A stretch of 64,000 bases of DNA from an uncultured Bacilli bacterium (GTDB taxonomy: Bacteria > Bacillota_I > Bacilli_A > RF39 > UBA660), in the NCBI GenBank assembly GCA_944363865.1, contig CALVVN010000024.1, positions 9,400-73,399 on the forward strand, in the 5' to 3' direction. The position numbers were made by a program, and so were the translations under genes. Under the pieces are notes generated by a model. That model searched no databases. It was given only the letters and a program-made list of their open reading frames with translations, and was not told the origin of the DNA. Of this stretch, positions 33,595 through 43,635 are shown in pieces (position 1 is the first letter of the stretch; each line of letters opens with the position of its first letter).

Positions 33595-34956
33595 ATGTTT
33601 GATGTAGGAATAATAGGCTGCGGCCCTGCAGGAATTTTTACAGCTTTAGAGATTTTAAAAGAAAGACCAAAATGCAAAATAATTATGTTTGACAAAGGAA
33701 ATAATATTAATATCCGAAACTGTCCTAAAAATAAAATTGGACATTGCATACACTGCAAACCTTGTAACATTTCATGTGGTTTTGGTGGTGCAGGAGCTTT
33801 TTCAGATGGCAAATTAACTTTATCTAAAGATATAGGCGGGTATTTAGAAGAATACATAGGAGAAGAAAAGTTAAATGAATATATTGAGTACGTAGATAAA
33901 ACATATATTAATTATGGTGGAGATAGCCATATTGAATTTGACGAACAATTTGCTAACGAAATGGCTCAAAAATGTGAAAAAAATAATCTTAAATTCATCA
34001 AATCCCCCATAAGACACTTAGGAACAGAGAAATGCGCTCTAATTATGCGTGATATGTACGAAAAACTTATGAGTTATGAAAACGTTGAAATAAAACATAA
34101 CACAGAAATACAAGATGTTAATTTTAAAGAAAAAGAAATATACACTGATAAAAACATATATAAATGTCATAACATTGTTCTTGCTGTGGGAAGAAGCGGA
34201 TCTTCTTGGCTAGAAAAAATATGTCAACAAAATAATTTGAAAATTATTAATAACAAAGTAGATATCGGTGTAAGAGTTGAGTTACCAAGAAAAATTACTG
34301 ATTCAATTACAGACATTTATACGAATTTAAAGTATATAATTATTCAAAATCCACTCAAAATATTGTCAGAACTTTTTGTATGAGTCCCGGTGGTTTTGTA
34401 ACACAAGAAAACTATGATAATGACTTAGCTTGTGTAAATGGTCATAGTTTTAAAGATAAAAAAAGCGATTTAACAAACTTTGCTTTACTTGTTTCAGCAC
34501 ATTTTACAGAACCATTTAATGAGCCAACAAAATATGGTGAATATATAGCAAAATTATCAAACATGCTAACCGGTGGCAAAGTAATGGTTCAAAGACTATG
34601 TGATTTAAAAATTGCAAAAAGAAGTACAAGAGAAAAAATGAAAGAGTTATCTTTTGAACCAACATTAAGTGATGCTGAACACGGCGATTTATCTTTTGCT
34701 TTACCTGCACGCAATCATAGAAACATTTGAAGCTTTAGAAAGCATATGCCCCGGTATTAGTGGAAAAGATACTATACTATACGGAGTAGAAGTAAAATTT
34801 TACTCTGCACGATTAAAAGTAAACAATAATTTAGAAACAGAAATAAACAATATTTATGCAATCGGAGATGGCGCTGGAATTACAAGAGGATTATTACAAG
34901 CTTCAATAAGTGGTGTAATCGCTGCAAAAGACATACTTGCAAAAGTAAAAGAGTAA
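33595..34956 (+). pseudogene. FAD-dependent protein (COG2509-like uncharacterized FAD-dependent dehydrogenase) interrupted by two compensating frameshifts
   Basis: three consecutive ORFs 33595-34383 (frame 1), 34380-34730 (frame 0), 34669-34956 (frame 1); GIIGCGPAGIF FAD-binding N-terminus; frame-0 segment stays open back to 34302 (FNYRHLYEFKVYNYSKSTQNIVRTFCMSPGGFV) so the first shift lies near 34305-34320; C-terminus AIGDGAGITRGLLQASISG. Confidence 0.6.
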
Positions 34957-34969
34957 CTTTTACTCTTTT

Positions 34970-37063
34970 TTAATATTCATCAATGTCATTGATTTTCTCT
35001 AGACTCTTGTGATTTTTTACAATTTTTACTATTCCAACATTATTATTAAAAGCTATAGAAGCTATATTTCCTTGAATTTGAACTACAATACCATTGCCAT
35101 ATTTTAAATGTTTAACCTTATCTCCAACTTTTAATTCATCATTTCTACTATCCTCATACATGTCGCTAATAGTATTTATTTCATTAAAAGATTCATTGCT
35201 TTCAATCAAATCAGAATTAATCTCAGATATAAAACGGCTTGGCATATTTATATCTGTACGTCCAAAAAGCGTACGTCTTTTGCAATTCAACAAATATAAC
35301 CTTTCTCTAGCCCTTGTTATTCCAACATAACAAAGTCTACGTTCTTCTTCAAGTTCATCTTCATCATCTATAGACCTAAAATGTGGAAAAACATTTTCTT
35401 CTAAACCGGTGATAAATACTATATCAAACTCTAAACCTTTAGCAGAATGTAACGTCATAACGTTTACACAGTCATCGATATCTTTATACTGGCCAAAATC
35501 ACTTACTAGTGCTATATTTTCTAGAAATTCTTCTAATGAGTATATACCACGTTCTTCAAATGCTAAAGCTATGCTTTTAAATTCCTCCAAGTTTTCAAGG
35601 CGAATTTCACTATCTATGCCGCCTGTTAGTTCTAATTCTTTTTTCATTCCAGATAAACCTAATATTTTATCTATAAGTTCCGATAAATTAACGTTCTTAG
35701 ATTCATCGATCAATTTAAGTATTAGTTCCTTAAATTCCATCGGTGTTCCACTTTTGATAGCATCAAACATAGAGGTCCCCATCGCTTTTGCATCTTCCCT
35801 AATTTTTTCTATAGTTTTAATTCCAATTTTACGTTTTGGAACATTAATTATTCTTTCTAAACTTTCATTATCTTTAGTATTATAAATTAAATTTAAATAA
35901 GCAATTAAATCCTTTATCTCTTTTCTATTATAAAAATAATAACTTCCAACCACTTTATACGGAATATTTTCTTTTAGCAAAGCTTCTTCTATAACACGGC
36001 TTTGCGCATTCGTGCGATATAAAATACCAAAATCAGAATATTTTTTTCCATTTAACAACAATTTTTTAATTTCAGTCACTACTTCTTTAGCTTCATCAAT
36101 TTCATTACCGCAACGTATATATTTTATTTTTTCGCCAAGATCCTTAGTACTAATTAGATTTTTTTCTTTTCTTTTAACGTTATGTTTTACAACACTATTA
36201 GCAGCATCTAATATATTTTTAGTACTTCTATAATTTTCTTCTAAGATTATAACTCTAGAATTATCATAATCTTTCTCAAAATTCAAAATATTTTGGTAAT
36301 TAGCGCCCCTCCAACCATAAATACTTTGGTCAATATCGCCGACAACAAAAATATTCTTATATTTACTGGCTAATAACTTACATAATTCATATTGAACACC
36401 ATTAGTGTCCTGATATTCATCAACCAATATATACTTATAATGTTCCTGATATTTTTCTAATATATGTTTATTATTTTTAAATAATTGAACTGGCAAAACT
36501 AATAAATCATCAAAATCAACGGAGTTATTTGACTTTAAAATTGAAATATACCTATTAAAAACTTTAATAACAGTTTCATCTATATAACCTTTCATAAATC
36601 TACTATATTCTTCTGGAGTTAAACCTTCATTTTTAGCAAAACTAATTTTATTAATAACATATTTTATGGGTATAACTTTAGTATCAACATTAAATTCCTT
36701 TAATATTTTTCTTATTATGCTAGTCATATCTTCTCTATCAATTATAGAAACATTCTTATCAAAACCTAGTTCCTTATAATTTTCCCTAATTATTTTTAAA
36801 CCAAAAGAATGAAAAGTTCCAATAAAAATGTCACTAGCAACATTATATATTTTATTTTCAATTCTTTCTTTCATCTCATTAGCTGCTTTGTTTGTAAAAG
36901 TTATTGCTAATATATTATTTGGAGAAGCCCCTTCTTCAATCAATTTAACAATTCTTTCGGTTAAAACTCTAGTTTTTCCACTTCCGGCACCAGCCAAAAC
37001 TAAACAAGGTCCGTCTTTAAAATTAACGGCTTCTTTTTGCATTTCATTTAACAACTTCATCAC
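34970..37063 (-). CDS. pcrA: ATP-dependent DNA helicase PcrA (UvrD family)
   Basis: 697 aa; LVLAGAGSGKTRVLTERI Walker A, VDEYQDTN motif II, full 1A/1B/2A/2B architecture. Confidence 0.9.
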   Translation of the reverse strand: MMKLLNEMQKEAVNFKDGPCLVLAGAGSGKTRVLTERIVKLIEEGASPNNILAITFTNKAANEMKERIENKIYNVASDIFIGTFHSFGLKIIRENYKELGFDKNVSIIDREDMTSIIRKILKEFNVDTKVIPIKYVINKISFAKNEGLTPEEYSRFMKGYIDETVIKVFNRYISILKSNNSVDFDDLLVLPVQLFKNNKHILEKYQEHYKYILVDEYQDTNGVQYELCKLLASKYKNIFVVGDIDQSIYGWRGANYQNILNFEKDYDNSRVIILEENYRSTKNILDAANSVVKHNVKRKEKNLISTKDLGEKIKYIRCGNEIDEAKEVVTEIKKLLLNGKKYSDFGILYRTNAQSRVIEEALLKENIPYKVVGSYYFYNRKEIKDLIAYLNLIYNTKDNESLERIINVPKRKIGIKTIEKIREDAKAMGTSMFDAIKSGTPMEFKELILKLIDESKNVNLSELIDKILGLSGMKKELELTGGIDSEIRLENLEEFKSIALAFEERGIYSLEEFLENIALVSDFGQYKDIDDCVNVMTLHSAKGLEFDIVFITGLEENVFPHFRSIDDEDELEEERRLCYVGITRARERLYLLNCKRRTLFGRTDINMPSRFISEINSDLIESNESFNEINTISDMYEDSRNDELKVGDKVKHLKYGNGIVVQIQGNIASIAFNNNVGIVKIVKNHKSLEKINDIDEY

Positions 37064-37075
37064 CTTATTTTCCTT

Positions 37076-37543
37076 CTAATTTAAAAGTTTAACACTTTGA
37101 CTTACTAATTCATTTAAATTATTATAAGGTCTCCTACCTTTTATCTTAAAATAAAACCAATCTAAATAATCAATATCATCAGCATCATCCGGTCTTCCAT
37201 ATATTATTGGCTTATTATTTATATAAAACCCAAACTCAACATTACTCGTTAAACCTAACATATGAGGTTTCTTCCTAGGTATCCAAAACATAATTAAATC
37301 ACATTTATTTAGCGCTTCATAATCCCATTCAACTTCATCCATATAATCGACCTTAGGTGAAAAATCTCTCTTTTCCGGCACTAAAACAGTCCCAGAAAAT
37401 TCATATTTATCAAAATATTTTAAAGCCTCATTTTTCCACGAAATAGCATTATTATCTCTTGGAATAGGTCCAGCTAAAAATATACTTTTTCCTACGATTT
37501 CAAGTTTTTCCATTGAATATATAACCTTCATATCTCTCACCAT
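37076..37543 (-). CDS. nucleoside 2-deoxyribosyltransferase-fold protein (Rcl/DNPH1-like)
   Basis: 155 aa; SIFLAGPIPR ... VLVPE ... EWDYEALNKCDLIMFWIPR ... MLGLTSNVEFGFYINNKPIIYG parallels DNPH1 pattern YFCGSIRGG / VLTEHV / DLEWLQQADVVVAEV / SLGVGYELGRA. Confidence 0.5.
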   Translation of the reverse strand: MVRDMKVIYSMEKLEIVGKSIFLAGPIPRDNNAISWKNEALKYFDKYEFSGTVLVPEKRDFSPKVDYMDEVEWDYEALNKCDLIMFWIPRKKPHMLGLTSNVEFGFYINNKPIIYGRPDDADDIDYLDWFYFKIKGRRPYNNLNELVSQSVKLLN

Positions 37544-37585
37544 TTTTATTATAACAAAAAGTCAATTCTTAAAATAGACTTGACT

Positions 37586-37885
37586 TTATTTAATTTTAAT
37601 TATTATTTCTCCATCCTTAGAATAAAGAAACTTTTCCCTAGCATATCTCGCCACATATTCATCATCTTGCAACTTAACAATCTCACTTTTAAGTGTTTCT
37701 TCTTCTTCTAATATTTCCTTATAAAGATTTTCTAATTCCTTTTTTTCTTTTATATTATTATATATTTGCGACCAATAACTAAACATGTTACTAACAAAAA
37801 GAGTTAATAAAGGAATAAAAATAATTATAAGAACAGTTATTCTTCTTCTATCCTTTTTAGTTACTTTTTTCATACTATAACCCAT
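37586..37885 (-). CDS. divIC: septum formation initiator family protein (DivIC/FtsB-like)
   Basis: 99 aa; TM helix + coiled coil + EYVARYAREKFLYSKDGEII C-terminus; synteny yabP-yabQ-divIC as in B. subtilis. Confidence 0.6.
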   Translation of the reverse strand: MGYSMKKVTKKDRRRITVLIIIFIPLLTLFVSNMFSYWSQIYNNIKEKKELENLYKEILEEEETLKSEIVKLQDDEYVARYAREKFLYSKDGEIIIKIK

Positions 37886-37940
37886 CCTATTATAAATTAT
37901 AACACCATTAAGTTATAAGCTCAACTATAAAAAAACGACT

Positions 37941-38240
37941 TTACATCTTATTTTTCTTAAATTTTAAATATTCTTTCAAATATGAATTATGTTTATTAAA
38001 AAATATAAAAGAAAAAATAAAGATAAGAAAAAAATAAATATGTAATACTCCATTATTAATTTTAATTAGCAACAAAAAATAAGAAAGCATAAAATTAAGA
38101 ACAAATAAAATATTTATTAAAACCTTATACAACAACTTAGTTTTATATATTAAAAAATAAAAATAAGAGTAAAAATAAGAAAAAAATATTCCATAACCGA
38201 TTGAATAAACTATAGATAACAACTGAATCTCTAATTTCAT
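37941..38240 (-). CDS. yabQ: spore cortex biosynthesis membrane protein YabQ
   Basis: 99 aa polytopic membrane protein immediately downstream of yabP (4-nt overlap); assigned by synteny. Confidence 0.5.
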   Translation of the reverse strand: MKLEIQLLSIVYSIGYGIFFSYFYSYFYFLIYKTKLLYKVLINILFVLNFMLSYFLLLIKINNGVLHIYFFLIFIFSFIFFNKHNSYLKEYLKFKKNKM

Positions 38241-38539
38241 TTAAATAACTTTGACAATACACTTTCTGTTTTAACTTTCTTATTTCCCTCTTCTAAATAA
38301 TTAACACTATTAATTTTTCCTTTTATAGATAAAGTACCTTGAAAAGTATCAAGTTTAATTAATTCTAGTTCCTCTCCTTTAATTAAAATATACCCCATAA
38401 CGCTTTCTAAAAAAAACTCTTCGTTATCAAAGTTTTCTAATTTTTTCACACCAGTAATATAAAGTGTTTTTCTCTCTCCAATTTGCACAGAATGATTAAA
38501 TGTATTTTCAACTTCTTTTACCTTGTCCATATTTATCAC
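38237..38539 (-). CDS. yabP: sporulation protein YabP
   Basis: 100 aa; ...QIGERKTLYITGVKKLENFDNEEFFLESVMGYILIKGEELELIKLDTFQGTLSIKGKINSVNY aligns with B. subtilis YabP. Confidence 0.75.
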   Translation of the reverse strand: MINMDKVKEVENTFNHSVQIGERKTLYITGVKKLENFDNEEFFLESVMGYILIKGEELELIKLDTFQGTLSIKGKINSVNYLEEGNKKVKTESVLSKLFK

Positions 38540-38579
38540 CTAACTAATACTATTCAAAAAAAATAAATATAGAACAAAT

Positions 38580-38600
38580 AAAAAAGCCTTAAAGGCTTTA
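38580..38600 (-). terminator. Rho-independent terminator after spoVG
   Basis: AAAGCC-TTTAA-GGCTTT hairpin followed by U-run on minus strand. Confidence 0.5.
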
Positions 38601-38611
38601 AAGTTCACTTT

Positions 38612-38899
38612 CTATTCTTCAGTTTCTACTTCATTTGAAACATCTTCAGCATTTTCGTATGCATCTAAAATTTCTTTTTCAAACATACTACGTACTTCTT
38701 GACTTATTGGATGACAAATGTCTCTATATCCACCTGTACTAGTTTTTCTACTAGGCATAGCGATAAATAACCCTTTTGTTCCTTCTATGATTCTAATATC
38801 ATGAACAGCGAATTCATCATCTAATAATACAGATGCTATTCCTTTCATTCTAGAATCTTCTTTTTCAATTTTACGTATTGTAACTGACGTAATTTTCAT
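38612..38899 (-). CDS. spoVG: septation/sporulation regulator SpoVG
   Basis: 95 aa; MKITSVTIRKIE...MKGIASVLLDDEFAVHDIRIIEGTKGLFIAMPSRKT matches SpoVG almost residue-for-residue. Confidence 0.9.
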   Translation of the reverse strand: MKITSVTIRKIEKEDSRMKGIASVLLDDEFAVHDIRIIEGTKGLFIAMPSRKTSTGGYRDICHPISQEVRSMFEKEILDAYENAEDVSNEVETEE

Positions 38900-38975
38900 A
38901 GTTCCATTCCTCCTTGTAAACTAAAAATATTTTACAACATAATATAAACAAAATCAAGACTTACTTGTAATGTCT

Positions 38976-39185
38976 TTACTGAGTTAGTATAACATTTTTT
39001 GTTAAAACATCAACATAAGAGAAAGTCTTTAAATCATCATTAACTTTAACTGTAAATAAATATGGATAAATATCTTGAACAACGCCAATAATATTTTCAT
39101 ATCTGTTTCTTCCTATATTTATCTTTAAAAAAACTTCTTTACCTTTATATTTAGATATTTCTAACCTTATTTTTTCTATATTCAT
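38976..39185 (-). CDS. veg: Veg protein
   Basis: 69 aa; ...KGKEVFLKINIGRNRYENIIGVVQDIYPYLFTVKV... matches Veg family. Confidence 0.8.
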   Translation of the reverse strand: MNIEKIRLEISKYKGKEVFLKINIGRNRYENIIGVVQDIYPYLFTVKVNDDLKTFSYVDVLTKNVILTQ

Positions 39186-39956
39186 TTAAGCCTCATTCCT
39201 TGGATAACCAACACTCATAACGCCTTTTGTTTTTAAACCTCCAATGCCATCTTTACCATACTTTGTCTTTTCTAAAAGACTTATTAAATCTATTTCTTTC
39301 CCCTTTTCAGTCAAACATATATTAGTTGCGATAATAGCTGGATCTAAAGCGTGAATATTAATTCTCTTAGGACTTGAAGCAAAAGTAGCGCCCGCCTTAA
39401 TAAGTTCTTCATAATTACTTTGACAAGCTCCAGCAATAATAATTAAATTATCACCTCTACTTTTTCTAGCTTCTTTAACGCATTTTATAAAGTTATCACT
39501 GTTTTTATACAGATTCTTATCTGTAATTCTTTTTTTTAATATAGCATCATGTCCAGTAACAATTAAAATATCCGGATTAACAGAATCAATATATTTTGTA
39601 ACTTCTTTATGCATCAACGATTCTTTTATAGACTTTCCATATGCAACAACGTTTGCTTTTTTGTAAAAGTCCATACATCGTTTTAAATACGAATCGTCTC
39701 CATCTAAATGTAACACTTTTCCAGGCAAATAAAAATACTCACTTCTATCAAGTTCTATCTCTTTTATACATTTATATAAATCTTCTTCACCACTTTCTCT
39801 TTTATCACTAAGTACCAAATCACTTTCATCGGCATCAGCAATTAATCTTACATCTACTCCCTTTAAAATACAATTTTTTCCTATTTTATCAATTACTAAA
39901 AAAACAATATCATGTTTATAACTTCTTCTAGTAACGTAATCACCAACATTTATCAT
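39186..39956 (-). CDS. yabG: sporulation-specific peptidase YabG
   Basis: 256 aa; MINVGDYVTRRSYKHDIVFLVI...VRLIADADESDLV matches YabG N-terminus. Confidence 0.8.
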   Translation of the reverse strand: MINVGDYVTRRSYKHDIVFLVIDKIGKNCILKGVDVRLIADADESDLVLSDKRESGEEDLYKCIKEIELDRSEYFYLPGKVLHLDGDDSYLKRCMDFYKKANVVAYGKSIKESLMHKEVTKYIDSVNPDILIVTGHDAILKKRITDKNLYKNSDNFIKCVKEARKSRGDNLIIIAGACQSNYEELIKAGATFASSPKRINIHALDPAIIATNICLTEKGKEIDLISLLEKTKYGKDGIGGLKTKGVMSVGYPRNEA

Positions 39957-40001
39957 AAATCACCTAATAAAATATATAAAAAAAAAGAAATAATATTACT
40001 A

Positions 40002-40811
40002 TTAATTCTCATTATTTAAAAAATTATAAAGCGAAACAAATTCATTTAAACTCAACTGTTCTGCCCTATATGACAAGTTTTTGTCTATACTATTTAGAAA
40101 TGTTTCAATTTTACTCAAATCATATTGTTTTAAATTATTTCTCAAATTTTTTCTTTTCTGTTTAAAAGCTGATTTTACAAATCTAAAAAAATCATTTTCA
40201 TCTGTAACTTTAAACTTATTATCATTTCTATTAAACTTTAGTACCACACTATCAACATCAGGTTTCGGAGTAAAACAACTTTTACTAACATCACATATTT
40301 TTAAAATATCATAATAAAATTGACAATAAAGACTTAAAGAATTGTAATCTCTGGTATTTGGCTTTGCCATTAATCTAGAGCCAACTTCTTTTTGAATCAT
40401 AATCGTAAAACAATCAGGTCTTAATTCATCAATAACTTTATTAATAATTGGACTTGTTATATAATACGGAATATTAGCAATAACATATAATTTACTATAC
40501 TTATATTTTGATAAATATTCATTAATATTTGCCTTCAAAAAATCAATATATATAACTTTAAAATTAGCACATTTTTCTTCTAATTTATCTAAATAAATAT
40601 CTAATCTTGTATCAATTTCAAAAGCTAAAACGTCATTATTCGTTTCAATTAATTTTTCGGTTAAAGCCCCACTACCAGGGCCAATTTCAATAATTAATGA
40701 GTTTGGCTCAATACATGAACCAACTACTATTTTATTCAAAATATTTTTATCATTTAAAAAGTTCTGTCCTAAACTTTTTTTATGTTTAAATCTTTCCATT
40801 TTACCAACCAT
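40002..40811 (-). CDS. rsmA: 16S rRNA (adenine1518/1519-N6)-dimethyltransferase RsmA/KsgA
   Basis: 269 aa; KKSLGQNFLNDKNILNKIV, EIGPGSGALT SAM motif. Confidence 0.9.
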   Translation of the reverse strand: MVGKMERFKHKKSLGQNFLNDKNILNKIVVGSCIEPNSLIIEIGPGSGALTEKLIETNNDVLAFEIDTRLDIYLDKLEEKCANFKVIYIDFLKANINEYLSKYKYSKLYVIANIPYYITSPIINKVIDELRPDCFTIMIQKEVGSRLMAKPNTRDYNSLSLYCQFYYDILKICDVSKSCFTPKPDVDSVVLKFNRNDNKFKVTDENDFFRFVKSAFKQKRKNLRNNLKQYDLSKIETFLNSIDKNLSYRAEQLSLNEFVSLYNFLNNEN

Positions 40812-41349
40812 ATCTCAAAACTTCAAATTCTTGATTTCTAACTCTACCGATATTAGTTGTAGCGTAATTTACATCGTCAACCAATAAATCAACATCATTT
40901 CCACCTACGCCTCTATCCATCGCTATTGCAATTATAGGCTCTCCGCCTATTTTATCAACATTAAATCTTAAAATTGTCCCACACGAATACTTACTACTAG
41001 TAGCAACAATTCTAACTTTACCATACTCGGAATCTTCAAAATAAATTCCACTTTCTAAAACATTAGTTCTTGGATGACATGCGAGGATTCCCGAGCATAA
41101 AGGACAATCGCCAACATAGGCAGTTAAATCTCCAACAAAAGTCGCTTCAGTGTCATATAACTCACTTAAATATAAACTTTCGTGATTTTCTTCAATAACT
41201 GCAACTTCCAAAGATTTATTTAAATTAACATTATTTATTTCCACATTATAAGAAGTATCTAAAACATTAGTACTTATTAATAGCATCAACACAAATAACA
41301 TACATGTTCTAACTATAACTAACCATTTTTTAGGTTTATATACTTTCAT
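40801..41349 (-). CDS. 3D-domain cell-wall protein (YabE/MltA-like)
   Basis: 182 aa; N-terminal TM/signal, C-terminal GTILRFNVDKIGGEPIIAIAMDRGVGGNDVDLLV is a 3D domain. Confidence 0.6.
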   Translation of the reverse strand: MKVYKPKKWLVIVRTCMLFVLMLLISTNVLDTSYNVEINNVNLNKSLEVAVIEENHESLYLSELYDTEATFVGDLTAYVGDCPLCSGILACHPRTNVLESGIYFEDSEYGKVRIVATSSKYSCGTILRFNVDKIGGEPIIAIAMDRGVGGNDVDLLVDDVNYATTNIGRVRNQEFEVLRYGW

Positions 41350-41382
41350 TGATACACCTCTTGGCTAAAAATAATTATACTA

Positions 41383-42141
41383 TTATTCACTTAAAAAGTC
41401 AAAAAGCGTGACCGCATTCAAGCTTGTTATTCTCATAACTTCATCAACACTGGTGTTTTTATAAAATGCAACCTTTTCAGCAATAACTGGTATATATTTA
41501 GGTTCATTAGTATTTTTTCTATAAGGTTCTGGTGTTAGAAATGGAGAATCCGTTTCTAATAAAATGTATTCCAAAGGAACATTTTTTATTACTTCGCCTA
41601 ATTTAGAATTTTTAAAAGTTAATACGCCACCTATTCCCAAAAAATAACCTAATTTAATAAACTCCTTTGCCGTTTCTATACTTCCACTAAAACAATGAAT
41701 AACCCCTTTCAATTTATAATTCTTTAATATTTTTAACATATCATCGGTTGCATTGCGAGAATGAATTATAACCGGTAGATTATACTTTGAAGCTAATTTT
41801 AACTGAAGTTCAAATATCTCAATTTGTTTTAACACATTATCTTTTGAATAATAATAATCTAATCCAATCTCTCCAACAGCTACTACTTTATCATTCCTAA
41901 TTATTTTTTCCAACTCAAAAAAAGTATTGGTATCAATACTATCAACATTTAATGGATGTATTCCCACCGCAGGATGCAATAAATTGTACCTTTTATTCAA
42001 AGATACAACTTCATAACTTGTATTTAAATCATCGGCACAATTAACAACTTTTAACACATTATTTTTTTTTGCCGAAGCAACAACTTCATCAATATTTTTA
42101 CAATCTCTTGAATTAATATGTGCATGTGTATCAACAAACAT
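41383..42141 (-). CDS. tatD: TatD-family metal-dependent DNase
   Basis: 252 aa; MFVDTHAHIN, GEIGLDYYY, TDSPF motifs. Confidence 0.9.
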   Translation of the reverse strand: MFVDTHAHINSRDCKNIDEVVASAKKNNVLKVVNCADDLNTSYEVVSLNKRYNLLHPAVGIHPLNVDSIDTNTFFELEKIIRNDKVVAVGEIGLDYYYSKDNVLKQIEIFELQLKLASKYNLPVIIHSRNATDDMLKILKNYKLKGVIHCFSGSIETAKEFIKLGYFLGIGGVLTFKNSKLGEVIKNVPLEYILLETDSPFLTPEPYRKNTNEPKYIPVIAEKVAFYKNTSVDEVMRITSLNAVTLFDFLSE

Positions 42142-42152
42142 ACTTAACCTCT

Positions 42153-42368
42153 CTACATTTCATACTTAATCCATAAAATACTATAATATACTAATAAACC
42201 TGCAAAAATTATAGTATATAAATGTATTTTCTCTTTAGCAAATAACATTATTAAAACTACAATATCTACTGCCAAAACTGATAAAATTCTTTTTTTGTTT
42301 ATACGACAATAATTTATTATTTTCATAAGCATCAAACAAACTATAACAATTTCTAAAACCAATTTCAA
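42153..42368 (-). CDS. small hypothetical membrane protein
   Basis: 71 aa, two predicted TM helices; no family recognised. Confidence 0.3.
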   Translation of the reverse strand: MKLVLEIVIVCLMLMKIINYCRINKKRILSVLAVDIVVLIMLFAKEKIHLYTIIFAGLLVYYSILWIKYEM

Positions 42369-42435
42369 TTAAAAAAACAAACTTTTTCAATCTTTTACAT
42401 TTTTTTACATATTTTTACATTCTTTGTATAAGCAA

Positions 42436-42912
42436 TTATTTTCCGGTACTTCCTAAGCCACCTTTTCTTAACTTTCCAGAACTAACCTCATCATCAGTTG
42501 TAAAAAACTTAACAAATATTCCTTGGCAAATTGATTGTCCTTTTTTAAAAATTAATTTATCAATGCTTTGATTTTGAACAGAAATCCATATATGACCTTC
42601 ATTTTCACTATTATTGTAATAATCACTATCAATTATACCAACTTGATTTGTCAATCTTACATTGTACTTAAATCCCACACTACTTCTAACAAACAACATT
42701 AGCATTTCATCGCTATTCATTTGAGCTTTGATTCCAGTTGGAACCCTTAGTATTTGATTTGGTTCTAATTCAATATCATTAATTAAACAAAAATCATATC
42801 CAGCACTGTTAATTGTCTTTCTACTAGGTAATTTGTAATCATCATAAACATTTTTGTTCTCACAAACATCTTTTTTAAACTGATTGTAACTTATTTTTTC
42901 AAACTTCCTCAT
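42436..42912 (-). CDS. dut: dUTP diphosphatase (trimeric dUTPase)
   Basis: start moved to MRKFEKISYNQF (GAGG RBS) instead of track ATG at 42945; motif-5-like C-terminus LRKGGLGSTGK; SAGYDF motif. Confidence 0.75.
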   Translation of the reverse strand: MRKFEKISYNQFKKDVCENKNVYDDYKLPSRKTINSAGYDFCLINDIELEPNQILRVPTGIKAQMNSDEMLMLFVRSSVGFKYNVRLTNQVGIIDSDYYNNSENEGHIWISVQNQSIDKLIFKKGQSICQGIFVKFFTTDDEVSSGKLRKGGLGSTGK

Positions 42913-43013
42913 ATATAATACCTCATTAAAAAACAAGAACATCAAGTAAAAATATTCTTGTTAGATTATTAAATACTTAACAAATAAAGTATATAATAAA
43001 TAATAATTTATGT

Positions 43014-43535
43014 CTAGTCAGTTTCTAATTTTATTTTTATAAGAGAATCAATTATATCTACTATCAATTTATCTTGGTTAGTAATTTCCTTTTCACTTAT
43101 ACATATTATTGAGCCAACTAAATCAGTATTTACTATAATTGGTTTAATATAATAGTTACCTTTTATAACACTATCTTCACATATATTTAAATTAATGCCA
43201 GTACCAATTTTTCGTTCTTCAAAAATACTGTTTAAATTATTGCCCACTTTTTTATTTTCTAGAACTTTAAAATCATTTTTATTAGAAAAAATAACATATT
43301 CTCTATCTGTAACAATTAATGATATAGGCATTAACTTATTAAATAAATTGATATAACTTATAACTACATCTTTAAAAGTTAAAAGTCTATGATATTTTTT
43401 TAAAATTATATTGTCATTTTCTACATATATTTCTAATTCTTCTCCATCTTTTATATTTAAATTTTTACGTATTTCTTTAGGAATAACGATTCTACCTAAT
43501 TTATCTATTTTTCTAATTAATCCAGTATTTACCAT
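43014..43535 (-). CDS. spoVT: stage V sporulation protein T (AbrB-N + GAF-like)
   Basis: 173 aa; MVNTGLIRKIDKLGRIVIPKEIRKNLNIKDGEELEIY AbrB/MazE swapped-hairpin N-domain plus C-terminal domain of SpoVT length. Confidence 0.8.
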   Translation of the reverse strand: MVNTGLIRKIDKLGRIVIPKEIRKNLNIKDGEELEIYVENDNIILKKYHRLLTFKDVVISYINLFNKLMPISLIVTDREYVIFSNKNDFKVLENKKVGNNLNSIFEERKIGTGINLNICEDSVIKGNYYIKPIIVNTDLVGSIICISEKEITNQDKLIVDIIDSLIKIKLETD

Positions 43536-43635
43536 ATAAGCACCTCATTTTTAGTTTACCTAAATGTGACAAATAATATACGTAGTTTATTGACAATATT
43601 TAATATATAAAATATACTCAAGATGGTGAATAATA

